Of a DNA stretch of 64,000 nt, positions 63,490 through 64,000 are shown one piece after another; the stretch's first letter is position 1; each line of letters begins with the position of its first letter. Source of the stretch: Candidatus Woesearchaeota archaeon (lineage in GTDB: Archaea; Nanobdellota; Nanobdellia; Pacearchaeales; GW2011-AR1). The stretch lies in NCBI GenBank assembly GCA_964358765.1, contig CAYHPN010000001.1, positions 91,182 through 155,181 on the forward strand, given 5' to 3'. Both the position numbers and the translations under genes were made by a program. Under the pieces are notes generated by a model. It did no database searches. It was not told where the DNA came from and was given only the letters and a program-made list of their open reading frames with translations.

Positions 63490-64000
63490 ATTTGATCTTA
63501 TACACTACTAGACGAATAGCTTGGTTTGGGTTGTGATGATAGACGCGGCAAGCTGCGATAAGCTTGGGGGAGCTGCATGCGAGCTTTGAACCCAAGATTT
63601 CTTAATGCGAGAACGTTTTCGCGAGAAAATGCCGAGAGGCAGATGTACGCTGGGAATTGAAACATCTTAGTACCAGCAGGAAAAGAAAACAATAGTGATT
63701 CCCTAAATAGCAGCGAGCGAAAGGGGAAGAGAGCAAACTGAATCTCCGTTGGAAACGACGGTAGAGATGTGGTGGAGCTTAAGCCTAAATTGTCGAAAAG
63801 AAGTTTTCTGGAAAGAGGCGCCTTAGAAGGTGATAGCCCTGTATTTGAAGACAATATGGTATGCTCTAAGAGAGTAGGGCTCCTTAGATAGGGAGTCTGA
63901 ATATGGCAAGATTAATTGCTAACTCTAAATATAAACCCAAGTCCGATAGCAAACTAAGTACCGCGAGGGAAAGCTGAAAAGTACCCATAATAGGGGGTTA
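63490..64000 (+). rRNA. rrl: 23S rRNA, 5' portion (continues beyond the window)
   Basis: Conserved LSU domain I strings are present: ...GATGATAGACG...CTGCGATAAGC..., GGGAATTGAAACATCTTAGTACC, AGCGAGCGAAAGGGGAAGAGC and AGTACCGCGAGGGAAAGCTGAAAAGTACC. The start is estimated by alignment to the E. coli 5' end from memory, +/- 15 nt. Confidence 0.85.

Noticed and set aside
63498-63854. 118-aa minus-strand ORF in the track
   Set aside because: It lies entirely inside the 23S rRNA 5' domain, so it is an ORF artefact of rRNA sequence.
1-64000. CRISPR arrays and tRNA genes
   Set aside because: Scanning the intergenic regions by eye showed no regularly spaced direct repeats and no T-loop/acceptor combinations on either strand. 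A tRNAscan or Infernal run could still find atypical (intron-containing or split) tRNAs.

Overview
Strongly AT-rich archaeal chromosome segment. The archaeal assignment rests on an archaeal-type ribosomal protein operon with eL/eS proteins, PCNA, Hjc, Cbf5 and aSUI1. TATA boxes sit about 22 nt upstream of first-gene ATGs, and internal genes use GGAG Shine-Dalgarno sites. The K/I/N-rich proteome, tight gene packing and many orphan genes suggest a small-genome DPANN-like archaeon (inference only). Main content, in window order: (1) 221-6127, a co-directional operon of five exported or membrane proteins (prepilin-like signal, 43-Cys giant, lipoprotein, 4-repeat surface protein). This is my best candidate for an undescribed cell-surface system. 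(2) Housekeeping and repair genes: GNATs, Hjc, MscL, class II LysRS, acylphosphatase, TrmY, Tag, Cbf5, an AlkD-like gene, dispersed bacterial-type UvrA/UvrC/UvrB, DeoC, a SET-domain protein and PCNA. (3) Accessory modules: an MNT-like nucleotidyltransferase pair, VapBC, a pentameric ligand-gated ion channel homolog, a paralogous secreted-protein pair, and an AbiE-like wHTH+nucleotidyltransferase pair with a tandemly duplicated promoter. (4) 38163-51619 (minus strand), a 29-gene ribosomal protein/aSUI1 cluster running L3 to L15 then S19e-L39e-L31e. Three unassigned ORFs are translationally coupled into it, at the L3/L4, L2/S19 and L30/L15 junctions. (5) 51737-55039, a 3.3-kb IS6-family-like transposon. 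It has 26-bp terminal inverted repeats (24/26) and an 8-bp target duplication CGGTAGGA, and it carries a Fic-domain gene, an AbrB-like micro-ORF, a zinc-ribbon ORF and a duplicated promoter-operator cassette. It is inserted between divergent TATA boxes just upstream of the ribosomal operon. (6) The 5' part of a 23S rRNA gene from about 63490, with no 16S upstream. I found no CRISPR array and no convincing tRNA. All functional calls come from motif recognition by eye; no database search was possible.
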